DNA from: an uncultured delta proteobacterium
Lineage (GTDB): Bacteria; Desulfobacterota; RBG-13-43-22
Length of the DNA: 64,000 nucleotides
Assembly (NCBI GenBank): GCA_963790475.1
Contig: CAWBOS010000012.1
Span: 1,056,001 to 1,120,000 of the forward strand
Direction of reading: 5' to 3'
This document shows positions 61,569-64,000 of the stretch, piece after piece. The notes below the pieces were generated by a model. That model worked only from the letters and a program-made list of their open reading frames with translations. It had not been told where the DNA came from and ran no database searches. Position 1 is the first letter of the stretch. Each line of letters opens with the position of its first letter. Made by a program: the position numbers and the translations under genes.

Positions 61569-62081
61569 TTAGTCCCGGAGATTATTTTCGGCCAGGCTTT
61601 CGTTTTTCAGCATGGCCAGCAGGCCGCCGTTATGGAAAATATTGATCAGGTCCTGGGTTAAGGGGTTTCCCTTTATTTCCTTCCCGGTGGAGGAATTTCT
61701 CACCAGAGAATTTTCAAAATCCAGTTCCAGAGTTTGTCCCTCTTCAAAGATTTCGGAAACCCCTCGCAGGGCCAGAACAGGAAAGGCCACCGCAATGCAA
61801 TTTCGGAAAAAAATCCGGCCGAAAGACTCGGCCACCACACACCCTATCCCCAGGCGTTTCAAATTGACCGGGGCTGTTTCCCGGCTTGATCCGCATCCGA
61901 AGTTTTTTCCTGCTACAATGACGTCTCCCGGTTGTGCTTCCTCGGTGAAGGCCTTGTGAATATGAAGGATGGCTTTTTTTCTCTCTTCCCAGGGGGCATC
62001 GACGGCGAAACTCGGGGCCATATAATCGGTGTTGATATTATCACCGAACTTCCAGACTCTACCTTTAATGATGACGTTCAT
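61569..62081 (-). CDS. Isopropylmalate/dimethylmaleate dehydratase small subunit (LeuD-like)
   Basis: [18 protein letters not shown] and SFGRIFFRN motifs. Confidence 0.9.
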   Translation of the reverse strand: MNVIIKGRVWKFGDNINTDYMAPSFAVDAPWEERKKAILHIHKAFTEEAQPGDVIVAGKNFGCGSSRETAPVNLKRLGIGCVVAESFGRIFFRNCIAVAFPVLALRGVSEIFEEGQTLELDFENSLVRNSSTGKEIKGNPLTQDLINIFHNGGLLAMLKNESLAENNLRD

Positions 62082-62097
62082 GTCTTTGCTCCTGTCT

Positions 62098-63357
62098 TTA
62101 TAGGTATTTCCTGGGGTCGGTGATTTTGCCTTCAATGGCCGAGGCGGCTACGGTATCCGGGGAACCGAGATAAATAAAGCTTTCCGGGGAGCCCATCCGA
62201 CCCTTGAAATTTCTATTGGTGGAGGAGATGGCCGTTTCCCCCGGGGCCAGAATTCCCAGATGGGATCCCCCGCAAGGGCCGCAGCCAGTAGTGCCGAGCA
62301 TGGCGCCGGCCTCTAAGAAAACCTGGAGCAGGCCCGATGCAGCGGCGTCTTGATAGATTTTGCGGGAGGCCGGTATCACAATCATTCGTGTTTCCGGATG
62401 GACATGTTTGCCTTTGAGTATGGCCGCGGCGCGCTCAAGATCTTCCATCCGGGCATTGGTGCAAGACCCCAGGAAAGCCTGGTTGACGATCACTTCCCCG
62501 ATCTCTGAAACCGGTTTGACATTGTCAACGTTATGCGGGCAGGCAATTTGAGGTTCCAGTTTTGAAACCTCTACCTGGAAAATGTTTTCATAGGTGGCAT
62601 CCGGGTCAGGACCGAAAAAGTCCGCCTTTCCCTGAACGCTTCCATCAAGAAATTCGATGGTTTTTTGATCGGCCTCGAAAAAAGCGAATTTTGCCCCGAT
62701 CTCCACCCCCATATTGCTGATGGTCATCCGGCCGTCCAGGCTCAGGGCTTTGGCCGCAGGACCGGCAAACTCCACGGCCTTATATTGGGCCACTTCAGCG
62801 GTATAATCTCCGGCAATTTTGAGAATGATGTCCTTAGCGGATACGCCCGGTGGAAGTTCTCCGGTCAGGTCAAACCGGATTGTCGCTGGAACCATGAACC
62901 ACAAAGAACCTTTGGCCATAGACCAGGCCAGCTCAGACACACCGATCCCGCAGGAAGCCACACCCAGCGCCCCGTAGGTGGTCGTGTGCGAATCCCCGCC
63001 GACGACCAGCCGGCCGGGTAGGGAAAGCCCTTCTTCGGGCATCACTTGATGACAGACGCCTACCCCGCAGTCATAAAAATATTTTATATTTTGTTTTTTG
63101 ACCCATTCCCGCATCTTCTGATGAACTCCGGCTGCCCTGACATTCATGGCCGGGACTAAATGGTCAATAATGACCACGATCTTTTCCGGGTCGAAGACCC
63201 GATCAAAGCCGTGGCTGGTCATGGCCTGATAGGCCGCCCAAAAGGACAAATCGTGCCCCATGACCAGGTCCAGCTCGGCGGTCACAAATTCATTCGGACT
63301 CACCTGATCTCGTTTCGATGCCCTGGCCAATATCTTTTCCGCCATGGTCTTACCCAT
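62098..63357 (-). CDS. Isopropylmalate/dimethylmaleate dehydratase large subunit (LeuC-like)
   Basis: [24 protein letters not shown] and [11 protein letters not shown] motifs. Confidence 0.92.
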   Translation of the reverse strand: MGKTMAEKILARASKRDQVSPNEFVTAELDLVMGHDLSFWAAYQAMTSHGFDRVFDPEKIVVIIDHLVPAMNVRAAGVHQKMREWVKKQNIKYFYDCGVGVCHQVMPEEGLSLPGRLVVGGDSHTTTYGALGVASCGIGVSELAWSMAKGSLWFMVPATIRFDLTGELPPGVSAKDIILKIAGDYTAEVAQYKAVEFAGPAAKALSLDGRMTISNMGVEIGAKFAFFEADQKTIEFLDGSVQGKADFFGPDPDATYENIFQVEVSKLEPQIACPHNVDNVKPVSEIGEVIVNQAFLGSCTNARMEDLERAAAILKGKHVHPETRMIVIPASRKIYQDAAASGLLQVFLEAGAMLGTTGCGPCGGSHLGILAPGETAISSTNRNFKGRMGSPESFIYLGSPDTVAASAIEGKITDPRKYL

Positions 63358-63608
63358 GTAGGACCTCCTCCGTAGATGTCGGGTATTCAGACAAATCTTT
63401 CTTTTTGGGTAAAGTATGATCCAAATTACTATTAAGGATATTAACCAAAATATGTCAAATAAAAAAAAATTCCTGAATGCCCGGAAATCACCCTATGCCT
63501 CTTCCCTATTGATTAACTCTGTGATAAGCTGGTGAAGCCTTTTTTCGGGAAAGAACATAGGGAAAGTCAAAAGGCTCAACAGTCTTAAACATAAAGGGAG
63601 GAAACAGG

Positions 63609-64000
63609 ATGACCATACTGAACAGAGATGGAGTGAATCTATTTTATGATGTCGGCGGGATAGACAACGACCGCCCCCCGGTTTTATTAACCCACGGATA
63701 TTCATCCACGTCAGAGATGTGGCGGTCGAACCTGGATGCTTTTCGAGCCGGAAGACGCGTAATCACCTGGGACATTCGGGGACATGGGCAGAGCGACTCA
63801 CCGGAAGATCAATCTATGTATTCGACGGAACTAACCGTGGCCGATATGGAAGCCATACTCGATGCCACCGGCGTCAAAAAGGCGGTTGTCGGCGGTTTGT
63901 CTCTCGGTGGTTACCTTTCCCTCGCCTTTCACCTCCGTCACCCGGGGCGCGTGGCCGCCTTGATGCTTTTCGACACCGGCCCGGGCTTCAAGCGGGACGA
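63609..64000 (+). CDS. Alpha/beta hydrolase (runs off the window end)
   Basis: Hand translation: LLTHGY, WDIRGHGQSD and GLSLGG nucleophile elbow. Confidence 0.85.
   Translation, partial: MTILNRDGVNLFYDVGGIDNDRPPVLLTHGYSSTSEMWRSNLDAFRAGRRVITWDIRGHGQSDSPEDQSMYSTELTVADMEAILDATGVKKAVVGGLSLGGYLSLAFHLRHPGRVAALMLFDTGPGFKRD

Overview
A 64-kb chromosomal segment from an anaerobic bacterium, most likely Desulfobacterota/deltaproteobacterial (inferred from gene content: gcdA, bzaF, desulforedoxins, many CoA-dependent enzymes). Most of the window encodes acyl-CoA and beta-oxidation-type catabolism (three SCP2-type thiolases, CoA ligases, acyl-CoA dehydrogenases, enoyl-CoA hydratases, a CoA transferase and a 4-hydroxybutyryl-CoA dehydratase-like enzyme), plus queC/queE, ald, and a LeuCD-like dehydratase with an ICL-family lyase. 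There are two accessory patches. The first is a defence island at about 13.8-21.1 kb: a DUF1156-like methyltransferase with a NotI-family endonuclease, an intact IS4-family element carrying its own winged-helix gene, and toxin-antitoxin modules. The second is a mosaic at about 44.8-50.7 kb: a truncated molybdoenzyme, a cobalamin riboswitch plus bzaF bracketed by a 44-bp imperfect direct repeat, a one-spacer type I-E CRISPR with a cas2 stump, an intact IS1634, and an integron-cassette-like gene. The best candidates for undescribed systems are (1) a five-gene GT4 / methyltransferase / (alpha/alpha)6-barrel / LbH acyltransferase / B12 radical SAM cluster, (2) two tandem desulforedoxin-like mini-proteins missed by the ORF track, next to a CoA ligase-hydratase-Cys-less thiolase cluster, and (3) the apparently self-regulated IS4 element. 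Several single-base frameshifts, mostly in homopolymers, suggest assembly errors. All family calls come from motif recognition by eye; no searches were run.
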